Shown here: positions 10,656-23,318 of the stretch, piece after piece | How positions within the stretch are numbered: the first letter of the stretch is position 1 | Layout: the number at the start of each line of letters is the position of its first letter | DNA from: Octopus vulgaris | Taxonomy: Eukaryota | Direction of reading: 5' to 3' | Length of the DNA: 64,000 bases | Assembly (NCBI GenBank): GCA_951406725.2 | Contig: OX597820.1 | Coordinates: 22,940,001-23,004,000, forward strand | Notes under the pieces: model-generated | Database searches by the model: none | Seen by the model: only the letters and a program-made list of their open reading frames with translations | Told to the model about the DNA's origin: nothing | Position numbers and translations under genes: made by a program

Positions 10656-11619
10656 TTTCATTATTATTATTATAAGAATTTTCCTGTTGGCTATAATAGT
10701 AAATGAAAAAGAACTTAGATCTGCAAGTTACCTGCCCAAGATACAAAAGACCTAACAGCCAATACACTCATACATACAAACAATCTGGGGTTTTTGTTGT
10801 TTTTAGTTTTAAATTCTGTTTGGGTTAAAAATTCTTTGAGAAATTAATAAATAAAACTTATTGCCTTAATAGAAACATTAAACTGTTGTGAAGAAGTCAT
10901 TAGTTGAAATATAAATGGCCAAGGAAATGTACACATACTGGCTGAGCAATTAAGAAGTCAGACCACCCATGAATGTAACAAGTTTAAATGTTAATGGATA
11001 TCCTCATTACCTACTAATGAAATAGATATCACTCACAATGAGGCAGAGTTGAGTTACTAGTACCAGGAAGTTTACTTTTAGCTGTGATATTTCCATGTAA
11101 AAACCTGAACCTTTCAAAACACACATCTATGATAGATGGACAGAGAGTATGCAGGTGCCCTAATTAATACAATATTTGTGTTCCCAACAGTTAAACAAAC
11201 ATACTTTGCAAGTGGCTTGATGACATATCAACCAATAATGGAGTTGTTTCTAGTCGGGATCAGTAAATATAACATTGCCTCTCACAAACAAAAATAAAAT
11301 CCTTAAAAATGTAGGTTGGCATAGTTCACTCAACTAAATTCTGAAAGACCGATTATTTTCTTTGCCCTCCCAAGTTGATTTTGCCTTCTGGATTTCATAA
11401 AATAAGTTACCAGTTGTACACTAAAATAGCCTAAAACTGAAATTACAAATCATTAATAATGTTGTTGCTGTTGTTAATGGTAGTAGGGTGAGTATGAAGA
11501 ATTTGCTTGAATCACTTTATGTTCTGAATTTAAATTCCACCAAGGTTAACTTTACTGCTCATCCCCCAGGGATCAATAAAACTATACCAGATGTATTTAC
11601 TAAAATATATTTAACAGTT

Positions 11620-11955
11620 CCTCTACAGCAAGAAACCTGTTGTGCCCAAAACCCTTTTCTCCCGTGCACCCCCCCCCCCACCTCTACTCCTCATCTCCAA
11701 GCATAAAGTTGCACTCATCCACTCTCAGGGTTCATAGTTCTGCAAGCTGTATGGTGTCCCCACTAGTGTTTAGGGCATGAAAAAAATGCACCTAGTACAT
11801 ACATTGAAGTGACTGGCATTAGAAAAGGGAATCCAGTCATGGAAACCATGTCAAAGAAGAGACTTGAGCAAAATGCAGTTCTTGATCTCATTGGATCCTG
11901 TCAAACTGTCCAACCCATGCGAGCATAGAAATTGGATGTTAAATGATGACGATAG
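11620..11955 (+). mobile_element. Family C element with upstream ctctacagcaagaaacctgtt module
   Basis: Ends gtcaaactgtccaacccatgcgagcatag...gttaaatgatgac. Confidence 0.75.
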
Positions 11956-13414
11956 CAATGTCAACAGCTCAACTAATATCCCTATCTCCTTTAAATTAGA
12001 GATTATCATTGTTACTAAAAAATGGAATATTAGAATAAGCCTTCTGCTATTTAGTTGCAACCCCTATATTCTGAATACAAGTCTGCCTTTCAACCTTCTA
12101 GGGTTGCCAAAGTAAGTACCAACCAAATAGACAAGGGCTGATCAAATTCACTACATCTTTCCCCTAAAATGTGCTTTTGTGCCAAAGTTAGAAATCATTG
12201 TTGTTGAAAGTACAGTTACATTAATAAAGACTGGATCCATGAATATATATTTCTACCATATTCATGACATAGCGTCTGTCAACCTGCTCTGAGTCTTCCT
12301 TTTATAGGAGTGACGCAGGGAATAAGTGTTTTGCTGCATGACTATGAAATAGATAGCATAAATTGTAAACAAAGTAATGCATATTTGTTGTCAAATGGGA
12401 CATGCTTAGCACTTACTTCATTGGTGTACAAATGATACTTCTTGCCTTTGATGGTAATTAGATCTAGTTTGCCAGTCTCAATATATATATAATTTCTCTT
12501 AGTTCATTTTTCTGCTACACAGGGCTAAAAGAAGTAACCTGAAGTGGCCGTTGACATGTATTTGAACATAGGCAAATACAGGTATATCAAATACCATACA
12601 ACATAAATTCTTGATTTATTAAAATTATTTCCACTTCTAGAGGGAAGTGTCACAATTACAAAATGTCAATCAAGACCAGAACCCTTTTGAGAAGAGGAGA
12701 CAATCTCTAGAATCAAGACTACTCTGAAGTTGATATGCTTATTAAGGAAAAGGACAGGCTTATTTTCTGGAGATAAAAAGACAGTTGTGGACACATGTTT
12801 CTGCTTTAATAGGCATCATCAGCAGAACAATTGTTCAAATCAATCACACTGACAAGGAAAAGAGCATTTGAAATGAAATAGATTTACAAAGCTCAAACAT
12901 GTCTTTGACCACATTCCAAACCAAAATACCACCCAAATGATAGGAAGAGCTTCACTCACCAACACACCACAACCACTAGCTTACAGATTCATTGTTACCT
13001 CCCTCTTTCTGCCTTCTTTTATTACTTGTTTGGTCATACTAACTTGCATGCCGCCTCTTCCACTTGTCTTTTCTCCTCTTAGCATTCCAGCAATGTCTCA
13101 TCTATTCACAATACTAAAAATGTTGCCAAATAGTTCCTCCCCTGCTCAAGTGTCAACTACAGATATTGAAACTGAACATAAGCTGTCCTGCAAAAAATCA
13201 TGGACATTGTTCTTAGCTGAGTAGCCCATAAAATGAAAACCTCTCACCCTAATGGGCATGAGCTTGTTTTTCAAAGACTACTAAGATTTTACTCAATTTT
13301 CAATGAAATGGGCATTAATTCTTAAAATATTTGGGTTTTCAAAGATCTGGAGCATTTATAGAATAAAGTTTAAGATTTTAGTGTCAAAATCAATCTTATT
13401 TCATTTTTGTTATT

Positions 13415-13549
13415 TAGGAAGGGCATCCAGCCATAGAAACACTGCCAGATCTGACTGGGCCTGATGAAGCCTTCCGGCTTCACAGACCCCAGTTGAACCG
13501 TCCAACCCATGCTAGCATGGAAAACGGACGCTAAATGATGATGATGATG
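13415..13549 (+). mobile_element. Family C, 5'-truncated, well conserved
   Basis: taggaagggcatccagcc...ccaacccatgctagcatggaaaacggacgctaaatgatgatgat. Confidence 0.88.
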
Positions 13550-14089
13550 TCAGTCCTTTGGAATTTCTCAAACTCACAGCAAAGACAAACTGGTACACTT
13601 TAATATATATGCCAAAAAGAACAGAAAAGACAAATAAAAAAAAACAAATTTAGAGCATGTTTCAAATTACTTTGAATTCAAGAACCTACAAGCCTTATTC
13701 CAAATACCAACTATCGTATTAACAAGAGTTACAAAAGTACTGAAATCATTAAGATCTAATTTGAAAATGAACTGAAAGACATAAACTGTATTATTAATAG
13801 GGAGTGTAACGAAGTAAAAATACACCAATTCTTTCCATTTTAATTAAGACTACCTAAAATGTCATCTCTCAACAATGTGACAATATACTTTAACATTTAT
13901 AGAAATTAAGTTAACATAATTTGTTACCACCATCTCTAATTTTTGTCCATCTACTCCCATCCATTCATATAATGTAGGGTAACCACATTTCTCTTCTATA
14001 GCAAGACACTTGTGCTTGTCCCTTTATCCTTTAGCCTCCAAACACCTCATATAAAACCAATATCCCACTCTCAAATACTCTTGCCTCAT

Positions 14090-14300
14090 TTAGTAGAGGG
14101 GGCTTTGGCAATCCCACTAATGCTGGTGGAATGGCAAAAGCACCCAGTACACACAGTAAAAAGGTTAGCATTAACAAGGGCATTTATAGTAGAAACCATG
14201 ACATAGGAGTTCACTGTGGCCCTGGGGCTTGGCAGACCCTGTCAAACAATCCAACTTGTGCCATCATGGAAAGCAGATGTATGATGATGATCATCATTAT
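14090..14300 (+). mobile_element. Family C, decayed
   Basis: aaagcacccagtacac...catcatggaaagcagatgtatgatgatg. Confidence 0.7.
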
Positions 14301-14925
14301 CATTATCACAATGAAGATGATATATTTCACTGTTAGCACTTACTGACATTTACTTTCCCCCACCCCACTTCTTGCAGAAATTACACTCTTCGATGTCTAA
14401 ATTTACCAAACATTTTTGTTAGTATTTTCTACAATCAAAAAAATGCAACCTACACATAATTGTAATTGATAAGATAATAAAGAAAAAACATATGTAGAAT
14501 GCATTACATATATAATTTACAACCCCAACTTAATAACTGAATTAGACAAACCAACTTCAACATAAAATCCAACTGCCTGCTGAATTTAAAAGAAATACAA
14601 TATCAAGAAACTAAAAAAAAAACAAAAAAAAACAGACCAAATGAAGAAAAAGCTATTGAAAAATATATCTACATCCATCCTAATCTATGAAAAACAAAGA
14701 AATCGCCATAGAAACCAAATAACAGCATCAGAAGTTTAATGTCATTCAAATATTGCAATATAAACCTTAATTTTTAAGTAATAGACCCACAGAACAAATA
14801 AACATTGTTAATCTCTATGTAGAGATTAAAAAGAACATAATCGATAGGACACAGCATTTAAAATATCCAAACATCCACAGAATTACTGTACTCACTCACA
14901 TCAGTTATAAACAAAAATATCCCAG

Positions 14926-15295
14926 GTGCAGACATGTCTGCGTGCTTTGTGACCATGTGGTTTCAGGTTCAGTCCCACTGCAAGGTACTTTGGGAAAGTA
15001 TATTCTACTAGAGCTTCAGTTCAATTAATGTCTTGTAAATGAATTTGGTTAACGGAAACTGTGCCGAAGCCTGTAGTGTGTATATGTTTATCTCCCACCC
15101 TTACTACTTGACAACCAGTGTTGGTTTGTTTATGTCCTGATAACTTAGCAGTTTGGCAAAAGAGACCAATAGAATAAGTACCAAACTTCGAAAAGATGAG
15201 TACTGGGTTTGATCCATTCAGCTAAAACCTTTCAAATGGGTTCCCCAGCATGGCCACAGTCTAATGACCAAAACAAGAGGAAAGGTAAAAGATAA
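14926..15295 (+). mobile_element. SINE family B
   Basis: ggttcagtcccactgc B box; tail cccagcatggccacagtc...aaacaag. Confidence 0.85.
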
Positions 15296-15394
15296 ATTCT
15301 AGAGTACGGCAATTAGGAATAAATAGTTATATTTTACAAACCAAACAAAATCCAGCTGTAGCATGATCTTGCAGACTCCTTACAGAAGGCCACA

Positions 15395-15505
15395 ATTACT
15401 GGACAAAATGCTTAGCGACATTTTGTCTGTCTTTGCATTCTAAGTTCAATTTCCACCGAGGTTGACTTTGCCTTTCACCCTTTCAGGATTGATAAAATAA
15501 GTACC
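15395..15505 (+). mobile_element. SINE family A fragment
   Basis: aaatgcttagc...gaggttgactttgcctttca...gataaaataagtacc. Confidence 0.8.
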
Positions 15506-15653
15506 TGATGTAATCAAGGCTCTAGGGTAAGAATATAGATTTAAAAAAAAAAAAAACTGCACTACTCTGCCAAGCCAGTGTAACTGAGTAGGTTCATCCA
15601 ACCAGTGTGATCTCAAGCTCAAATTCATGTCCTCCACATCAGAGCATGGTTAA

Positions 15654-15705
15654 TGGAGAGAACATGCAGAGGCCTTCACCCTGCAGTGGACAAAACATGG
15701 GCAAT
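15654..15705 (+). mobile_element. Possible RTE-clade LINE C-terminal remnant
   Basis: Translates WREHAEAFTLQWT, similar to the RTE end motif W....EAF..QW; very short. Confidence 0.4.
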
Positions 15706-15815
15706 CCAATCCACTTAATACCCTACAAGAAATCACTAAATGTTAGTTAATAACCTCTCAAGAAACAACTATACACAACCACAATTACATTCCAGCCAAA
15801 ACTATCTAGGCCACA

Positions 15816-16005
15816 ATCATCATCATCATCATTTAATGTCCATTGTCCATGCTGGGATGGGTTGGAAGGTTTGACCAGAGCTGGCAAGCTGGAAGGCTGC
15901 ACCAGACGCCAGTCTGATTTGGTATGGTTTCCTCTGCTGAATGCCCTTCCTAACACCAACCACTCTGAGAGTGCAATGGGTGCTTCTACATGCCCCTTAC
16001 ATGAC
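15816..16005 (-). mobile_element. Family C
   Basis: (CAT)n then tttaatgtccattgtccatgctgg...atgcccttcctaacaccaaccactc. Confidence 0.88.
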
Positions 16006-16097
16006 ACTGTTATAAACTGTCTTGCCAAAATCACAAATACTTAAAACCAAGGACTTGCAACCTAGTTTTATAATGGCTCCCTTTTTTTTTAAAACTG

Positions 16098-16140
<43 letters not shown>

Positions 16141-16249
16141 ACATGGCTCACAGGTATATTATACCAGAACTTGCATATAGAATGTCCCTGTGTATCCTCC
16201 CATTTCAATCAGTAGTAATGTTTATGCAAGTAAAATTTTTCTTTTACAA

Positions 16250-16615
16250 AGATCATGGGCTGTATAGTTAAAATCTCACTTTGCATTCACACGATATCAG
16301 GTTCAGTCCCACTATATGGCACCTTGAGCAAATGTCTTCTACTATAGCTTCAGGCCAACCAATGCTTCATGAATTAATTTGGTAGAAAGAAACTTGTGGA
16401 AGCTTATGTATGTGTGTGTGTTCCCACCACCACTTGACAACTAGTGTTGGTTTGTTTATGTCCCTGTAACTTAGCAATTCAGCAAACAAGACTAACAGAA
16501 GTACCAGATTAGCAATAAATATTGGGGAATCAATCCATTCAACTCAAAAACCCTTCAAAGAAGTACCCCAGCATGGCTGCAGTCCAATGACTGAACCAAG
16601 TAAAATGTAAAATAA
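16250..16615 (+). mobile_element. SINE family B
   Basis: Head, ggcaccttgagcaaatgtcttctactatagc, internal (TG)n, tail cagcatggctgcagtccaatgactg. Confidence 0.85.
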
Positions 16616-16942
16616 AAAGACCAAAGAACACCTAAAAGCCATCAGCTGTGCAGTCACCCAGAAATGTGGAAAGTTTTTAGAGAAAGTACAAGGCCCACAA
16701 AGAAAACCTTAATGACCTATATGTAGACTGTGGCCCACCTGTTACCTTGTTCCGACTTGATCAAACACTGCAGGATACTACCTCTTATCTGAAATACACA
16801 TATACCAAAGTAGTTACAATAATTGTTTTATTTAGTTCAGACTCTATGTTAGTTTAATAGTGGCTAATCAACATTTTGTCTTCAGACATTGGAAGTTATC
16901 ATGCACAGATAGAACCAACCATCACTGAAAACACTGACCATG

Positions 16943-17108
16943 GAGTAGGAGTGGCTGTGTGGTAAGTAGCTTGCTTACCAACCACATGGTTCTGGGTTCA
17001 GTCGCACTGCGTGGCACCTTGGGTAAGTGTCTTCTACTATGGCCTCAGGCCAACTAAAGCCTTGTGAGTGGATTTGGTAGATGGAAACTGAAAGAAACCC
17101 ATCATGTA

Positions 17109-17161
<53 letters not shown>

Positions 17162-17360
17162 GTGTGTGTGTGTGTGTGTGTTTGTGTGTCTGTGTTTGTC
17201 CCCCAACATCGCTTGACAACCGATGCTAGTGTGTTTACATCCCCGTAACTTAGCGGTTCAGCAAAAGGGACTGATAGAATAAGTCCTGGGGTTGATTTCT
17301 TCAACTAAAGGTGGTGCTCTAGCATGGTCGCAGTCAAATGACTGAAACAAGTAAAAGAGT
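16943..17360 (+). mobile_element. SINE family B, young near-full-length copy (tRNA head, CORE-like start, internal microsatellite)
   Basis: A box tggctgtgtggtaag, B box ggttcagtc, accttgggtaagtgtctt; very similar to the inverted copy at 36996-37395. Confidence 0.93.
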
Positions 17361-17532
17361 ATATAAAAATATCCAGGACAATAAATTGTATGCTTTGTAA
17401 TCTAAGTCAATACACTGTATATCATACAAACAATTGTTGCATAACTAAGTAAGTCTTATATCATTGCTATGCTTCAGTTGACCGAGTGTCACGCCAGAGT
17501 TGAATGAACAAGTAGACATTACACATTCTTTC

Positions 17533-18009
17533 CAGGCACAGCTGTGTGCTAAGAAGTTTACTTCCTAATCACACGGTTCTCTGTTCAGTCCAACTGCATG
17601 GCACCTTATGCAAGTAGCTAACCCTCATTTGTCTTCTCGACATTAGGAGCTGTCATGCACAGATTGAACCAACCTTCAATGAAAACACTGACCTTGTGAG
17701 TGGATTTGGTAAAAGGAAACTAGAAGAAGCCCATCACGTGTGTATGTGTGTATATATATACATGTGTGTGTGCACATGCGCGTATATACATATCTTTGTG
17801 TCTTTATGTCTGTGTTTGCCCCCTCCACCACCTGACAACTGGTGTTGGTGTGTTTATGTCCCCATAGCTTAGTGGTTCAGCAAAAGAAAAAGTAACAGGT
17901 TTAAAAAAAAAAAAAAACGAATAAGTACAAGGGGTGATTCATTTGACTTAAAATTCTTTAAGACACCTCAGCATAGCTGCAGTCAAAAGACTGAAACAAG
18001 TACAAATAA

Positions 18010-18010
<1 letters not shown>
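17533..18010 (+). mobile_element. SINE family B with about 80 bp of foreign sequence at 17613-17693
   Basis: Colinear with other B copies except for the replaced segment. Confidence 0.85.
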
Positions 18011-18050
<40 letters not shown>

Positions 18051-18456
18051 TATAAAAGATTGGTATGCTATTTGAACAAATGGCGGAAATTAGAAAGCAT
18101 TTCATATTTTGAATTTCAATTTGAATGAAATAAAAACACAGGATGTGTTGGGGGTGGGTGCTCTTCCCAACCCCTACTCATCACCTTCACTCGCCTACCT
18201 TCCATCTGACTCATAGTTTATCATGGACATACCCCTCCACCACCTAGACCCATGTTCATCATTCAACATATACACACACTCCAACCCCATTTTTCACTAT
18301 CCTTCACTCTCTCTCATTATACTCTTGCTGTCTCTATCCAGCCTTCATTCCTGTTCTTCCACTCTTGTATACAGTGTGAGCAACCATGTATCTCTTCTAC
18401 AGCAAGAAACCTGTTCTGGGCCCTTCTATCATATACTAACCTTTCATCACCTTGCA

Positions 18457-18772
18457 CAGTGGTTCTCAACCATTCTTTTCCTATGGACCCCTTTGGTTCC
18501 CATCTTCTGAGCCACCATAGCCATTCGTTGTATATAGAAAACAAATAAGATATATTTTATATTATATTTTATCTAGTTTCAGCTCACGAGCTGTGGCCAT
18601 GCTGGGGCACCGCCATTCTGTATTTTCATAATTAAGTATTAAGAATTATTGAAAAAAACTTAGAATATTTGGTGTATTGTAGAAGTATAACCAATTTATT
18701 GCACATAAATTTTAGCAGTAAAATCTTATACAGACCCTCAAGGGATATGTGGACCCTGGTTGAGAATCACTG
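18457..18772. mobile_element. hAT/Charlie-type MITE
   Basis: TIR cagtggttctcaacca / tggttgagaatcactg (15/16); degenerate 8-bp flanks accttgca / atctagta. Confidence 0.8.
18573..18617 (-). mobile_element. 45-nt retroposon tail-only insertion
   Basis: 42/45 identical to 50314-50358; homologous to the extreme 3' end of SINE B. Confidence 0.8.
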
Positions 18773-18799
18773 ATCTAGTATAAAACTACCTTGTTCTCC

Positions 18800-19035
18800 C
18801 CTGTGGTCCCACTCAGTTGAGGAGATTTTACTTTTGTGAGCTACATGGTGACCTCACCAGTGCTGGTGCCATGGGAAAAAAAGCTCCCAGTAAGCTATAT
18901 TAAGTGGTTAGCATTAGAAATGGCATCTAGCTGTAGAAATCATGCTAAAGCTGGAATTGGAGCATAATGCAATTCTCTGAGCCCTTGAATCCTGTCAAAC
19001 CATTCAACCCAGGCCAGCATGGAACATGGCTGATG
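18800..19035 (+). mobile_element. Family C (its CT-rich upstream part at about 18160-18456 is split off by the hAT MITE)
   Basis: ggtgacctcaccagtgctggtgcc...gtcaaaccattcaacccaggccagcatgg. Confidence 0.78.
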
Positions 19036-19319
19036 ATACACATACACATGTATAAACACATACACACACATATGTATATGTACATACTCACACACACACG
19101 CATACAAACAGATAATTTTATCATAATCATTGTTACTTTTCTTTTTATTCGATGTTTAAAAACTAGTTTTATAGAAACTTCTTTCAAATACATTTTCAGG
19201 CATTAACCTGTGTAGGTTGAACTATGTAAAATGTCAGAGTAAGAAACCGAGCTATTTCTTGCAATGCACACCAATACACACATCTAAAGCAAAATTTTTT
19301 GAAGAACAGTTAAAATATC

Positions 19320-19414
19320 ATTGTGGATCCCAAATTGATCATTTTGTCGTGTGGCCCCCGCAAAATCTTATATGGACCTTCAGGGCCCATATGGACCCCA
19401 GTTGAAAACCACTG
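19320..19414. mobile_element. 3' end of the same hAT MITE family as 18457-18772
   Basis: aaatcttatatggacc...ggaccccagttgaaaaccactg. Confidence 0.65.
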
Positions 19415-19420
19415 ATTAAA

Positions 19421-19761
19421 CCCTTTTACTGCAGAAATCAGTTTTATATACCAATCTATCTTTTACTGAGGAATGTCATGTTTGAAACTATTTTTTGTTG
19501 AGATATGTCAAGTTTATTGAGCCAATAACATGAAGAAAATACCAATTCTATTTTTTTGGTGGATACTTAATATCATTACTGGAATCATCATCATCTTCAT
19601 CGTTTAACGTCCGCTTTCCATGCTAGCATGGGTTGGACGATTGGACTGAGGTCTGGCAAACCATATGGCTGCACCAGACTCCAATCAGATCCGGCAGAGT
19701 TTCTACAGCTGGATGCCCTTCCTAACGAATGACTATGAATTTTAATTCTGCACTTAAAGGG
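19421..19761. mobile_element. piggyBac-type MITE (family P3) containing a family C insertion at 19584-19727 (minus strand)
   Basis: ttaaa|cccttttactgcagaa ... ttctgcacttaaaggg|ttaa imperfect TIRs. Confidence 0.6.
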
Positions 19762-19765
19762 TTAA

Positions 19766-19986
19766 CCCTTTAGCATTTAAACCGGCCATATCCGGCCAAA
19801 AGTATTCTGCCTGTTTTATGTTCAAAATGGCCATATCTGGTCTCTCACACCAACCCTACAATATCATTTTAAAAATTAGCAGCTACCTCATCAAAATTTC
19901 AAAGCTACAAGATAATGCCTGATTAGTTCAAGGCAATGTGGACGAAAAAGCATTAATTTTGGTAGAATAATGCGAACACTAAAGGG
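19766..19986. mobile_element. piggyBac-type MITE (family P2)
   Basis: TTAA|ccctttagcatt ... aacactaaaggg|TTAA; second copy at 35957-36177. Confidence 0.88.
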
Positions 19987-20814
19987 TTAAAAAGAATTTC
20001 AACATTACACTACATCTGATTACTACATTTATTTTAAAAGACCTCTCAAGTAGGTATCTCACCTAACAATACCAATGGTGTTAAAACTAGAAAATAATCC
20101 AAGAACAAAACCAGTAGAACAATGCTGTACTGTAGACCCCCTTCCTTCTACGATCATTTAGAAAGAAAGACAACAAAATGTTGATGATGACTGCAGAACA
20201 CTTAATTGCTGTAATAAAGAATTCACTCAAAGATGGTGTATGTTACAATATGGCACCTTCCAAAAAAAGATCAGCTGATCAAAATAAAGGTTAATGGTTT
20301 GATCAATCTTTTTGTACTACACTGTAGGTGGTATATTGCCTGTCTGACAGGTCATAAGATAAAACAGCATCTACACTCAAGTGTTGGTGGTGGTGGTGGT
20401 GGTGGTGGTAGTGGTGGGGGCGATGGTGGCAGCAATGGGGAAGCGGGTAGGGGACTGCTGCTTAGATTTTGCAGGAGATTTAAGCCATATCAAATAAAAT
20501 AATGCAAAAAATGTATCAAGATAGTGTAACCTAAATCAGAATCCTATCTCAGAAGATAAAATGAAGATATTCAGATTTAAGCCTAGATGATAATGATGAT
20601 GATGGTGGTGGTGGTGGTGGTGAGGCTATCAGAGCTAGAAGACATGTTAAAAACTAGAGACTTGTTCAATAGCAATAAACTAAATGGTGAAGGAACAAGT
20701 ATCAGTTTGTTGATCTGAACAGAAATAATCTCTAAACTATTACCTTTCTGTGTTACAGGCATATTATATGACAGACAGCAACCCATGCAAGCATATAGAA
20801 AGTGAATATTGGTA

Positions 20815-21024
20815 ACAAATTTCGGCACAAGGCCAGCAATTTCAGAGGGGGGGAGCTAAGTTGATCACATCAACACAAGAGCTCAACTTGTCCTTATTTC
20901 ATTGACCCTGAAGGGATGAAAGACAAAGTAGACCTCAGTGGAATTTGAACTCAGAATGTAAAGAGTGACGAAACGCTGCTGAGCATTTTGCCTGGCATGC
21001 TAACGATTCGGCCAGCTTGCCACC
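20815..21024 (-). mobile_element. SINE family A (alternative tail gctggccttgtgcc.aaatttg)
   Basis: Family A core and head. Confidence 0.88.
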
Positions 21025-21489
21025 ACAGGAAAAAAATTAATAAGAAAATGTTGATGGTGGTGGTGTTGATGGTGTATTTGTGTGGGGGCACACGTGTGCA
21101 CACACATCTGTATTGGTTTACATTTGCACTTTTCTGAATATTTGTAAGGTTCAAGCAGTGACAATAACATTTCCTTCATCAACAAATCATACACTGGCTT
21201 TGCACTTTTGAAGAAATACCCTTACTTGAAATACAGGTATGGGTTAGCAACAGGAAATGACATCCAGCTGTAGAGCAATCTTTCAATAATATACTTGTCT
21301 GACTTATGCTAGCAGGAGAAAACAAGTGTAAGCAAAAAGGAAAATAAACAATATTTCCCCCCACCTACAGAGTGGGACATTTTTGAGGCTCAATGATAGT
21401 GTGCAGCATTCAAACTTTCATGTAGTTTAACAAGCATTCAATTGTAAACTAGAACAAGCAACAATATTGCGACGTGTGTGGCACCAATA

Positions 21490-21822
21490 CAGCATTGGGT
21501 GGTCATACACCCATACAACCGTCATCAACCAGGAGAATTCATCTATGAAGCAATTGTCCCAGCTCCCCTTCAGGGTTGGCGAAAGCGATGTGGTGGACAA
21601 CGAAAAACCTGGCTGACGACAGTCAAGGCTGATCTGGAACCCAACCTAGGCTCCCATATCTATGGCGTTCGCCACTGGAATAAGGAGTGGTTGGAGATCA
21701 CACATTCATTAGCCTCAAATCGCCAGGTCTGGTTGGCATTGGTGAGAGATGTAGTATTGAGGATGAATGAAGCCAGCTCAACCCACCCCGGGTGAATGCT
21801 GTCTCAAGACAAGAAGAAGACA
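21490..21822 (+). mobile_element. 3' end of an RTE-like LINE (ORF C-terminus plus short repeat tail)
   Basis: GWRKRCGGQRKTWLTTVKADLE...YGVRHWNKEW...LASNRQVW resembles RTE-type ORF ends; stop at 21793-21795, then caagacaagaagaaga. Confidence 0.8.
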
Positions 21823-21869
21823 TACAACTTAGAAGGGACATGTGTGCACGCATGTATGTGTGCATGTGG

Positions 21870-22187
21870 CCTTATGTTTCAGTCATTTGACTGCAGCCAT
21901 GCTGGGGCACAAGCTTGAAGGGTTAGTCAAACAAATCAATCCCAGAACTTATTTTTGAGTTTGGTATTTATTCTACCAGCTTCTATAAGTAAACAAACCA
22001 ACACCAGTCAAGAGGTGGTGGGGAACACACACACACACACAACAAGCTTTAATTAGTTTCTTTTGACCAAATCCACTCACAAGGCTATAGTAGACGACAC
22101 TCGCCAAAGGTGCCACACAGTGGGACTGAATATAAGCCAACATGCTTGAAAAGCATGGTTCTTAACTACACAGCCACATGAGCACCT
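21870..22187 (-). mobile_element. SINE family B
   Basis: gtttcagtcatttgactgcagccatgctggggca...cagtgggactgaa...acacagccac. Confidence 0.85.
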
Positions 22188-22902
22188 ATATTGGAAAATT
22201 AAGATAAAATGTAGAGAATAATGCTGACAACAGTACATAGCAAACCCATAATTCTTGAGAGAGAGAAAGAGAGAGAGAGTGAGAGAAAGTGTGTGTGTGT
22301 GTGTGCAACTTCCCTGCTAATCTCCAAAGGAATGGGGAAAGTACACAGCTGTCACCTCAATGCAACTAATGAAACACAAAGTTAAATTAAATACAAGAGT
22401 CCTTAACTGTGTACAATAAATGTTAACATGGCATTTGCATATGGACGTTTTGGTTCCAAAAATTAACTGTTTTGAGTCATAACCAAATTGTGTCTAACTA
22501 CAATGAACATCTTACAACCAACCTTAAGTGAAAACTAAAAGTTTTGAAGTATATTCCAACAATCATAAGTGAAAGAAAGCTACAAGAAAAAAAACATTTT
22601 AAGATGACTTTTGGTAAATACCACTGTAAAGAGTAAAAGATCAGAATATCTTATGTCAGAAACACTCACTGAATTCCCATTGCCATTTAAAACATTTTTC
22701 TTTCTCTTCAGCCGATAGTTAATATGTCAAAAGTCCTATCAAATTAAATTAGTATACCAACTTATTAATTGAAATATCTGATTTAATTATGGTATGTAAT
22801 TATTTAATAATTTACAAATAAAATTTCAATGAATGAATATCTTTTTTTTCCCACCCCTTCCATCCAAGTAAAACAAGCAAATATCTAAGACCAAAAATAA
22901 AA

Positions 22903-23318
22903 ACCTGGACATGGCTGTGCGGTTTCGGGTTCAGTCCCACTGTACAGCACTTTGGGCAAGTATTTTCTACTATAATCCCAGGCCAATCAATGCCTTGTGA
23001 GTGGGTTTGGTAGATAGAAAGAGTTTGGAAGCTCATCATGTGTGTGTGTATGAGAGGGGGAGGAACAGAGGGAGAATGCGTGTGCATTTGAGGGTGAAGG
23101 AAGGGAGGGAGAATGTGTGCGTGTGTGTGTGTGTGTTTGTTCCCCATCAACACTTGGCAGCTGGTATTGGTTTGTTTATGTTCATATAACTCAGCAGTTG
23201 AGCTAAAAAGACTGATAGAATAAATAACAGACTTAAAGTACTGGGGTCAATCAATTCAACTAAAACACCTTGAAGACAGGGCTCCAGCATGGCTGAAACA
23301 AGTAAAAAATAAAAGATA
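22903..23318 (+). mobile_element. SINE family B
   Basis: ggttcagtcccactg...gccttgtgagtgg...gctccagcatggctgaaacaagtaaaa. Confidence 0.85.

Noticed and set aside
12650-12960. LINE-like purine-rich stretches (also about 2500-2870, 24600-24800, 26500-26900, 40300-40740, 59960-60300)
   Set aside because: Only vague motif echoes; cannot be supported without BLASTx
16943-17010. tRNA genes at SINE heads
   Set aside because: A and B boxes are present but no complete cloverleaf is evident, and they continue into SINE bodies
20233-20502. Gly-rich 89-aa ORF
   Set aside because: Produced by a (GGT)n microsatellite; no homology signal
21478-21795. 105-aa ORF as a host gene
   Set aside because: It is the C-terminal remnant of an RTE-like LINE
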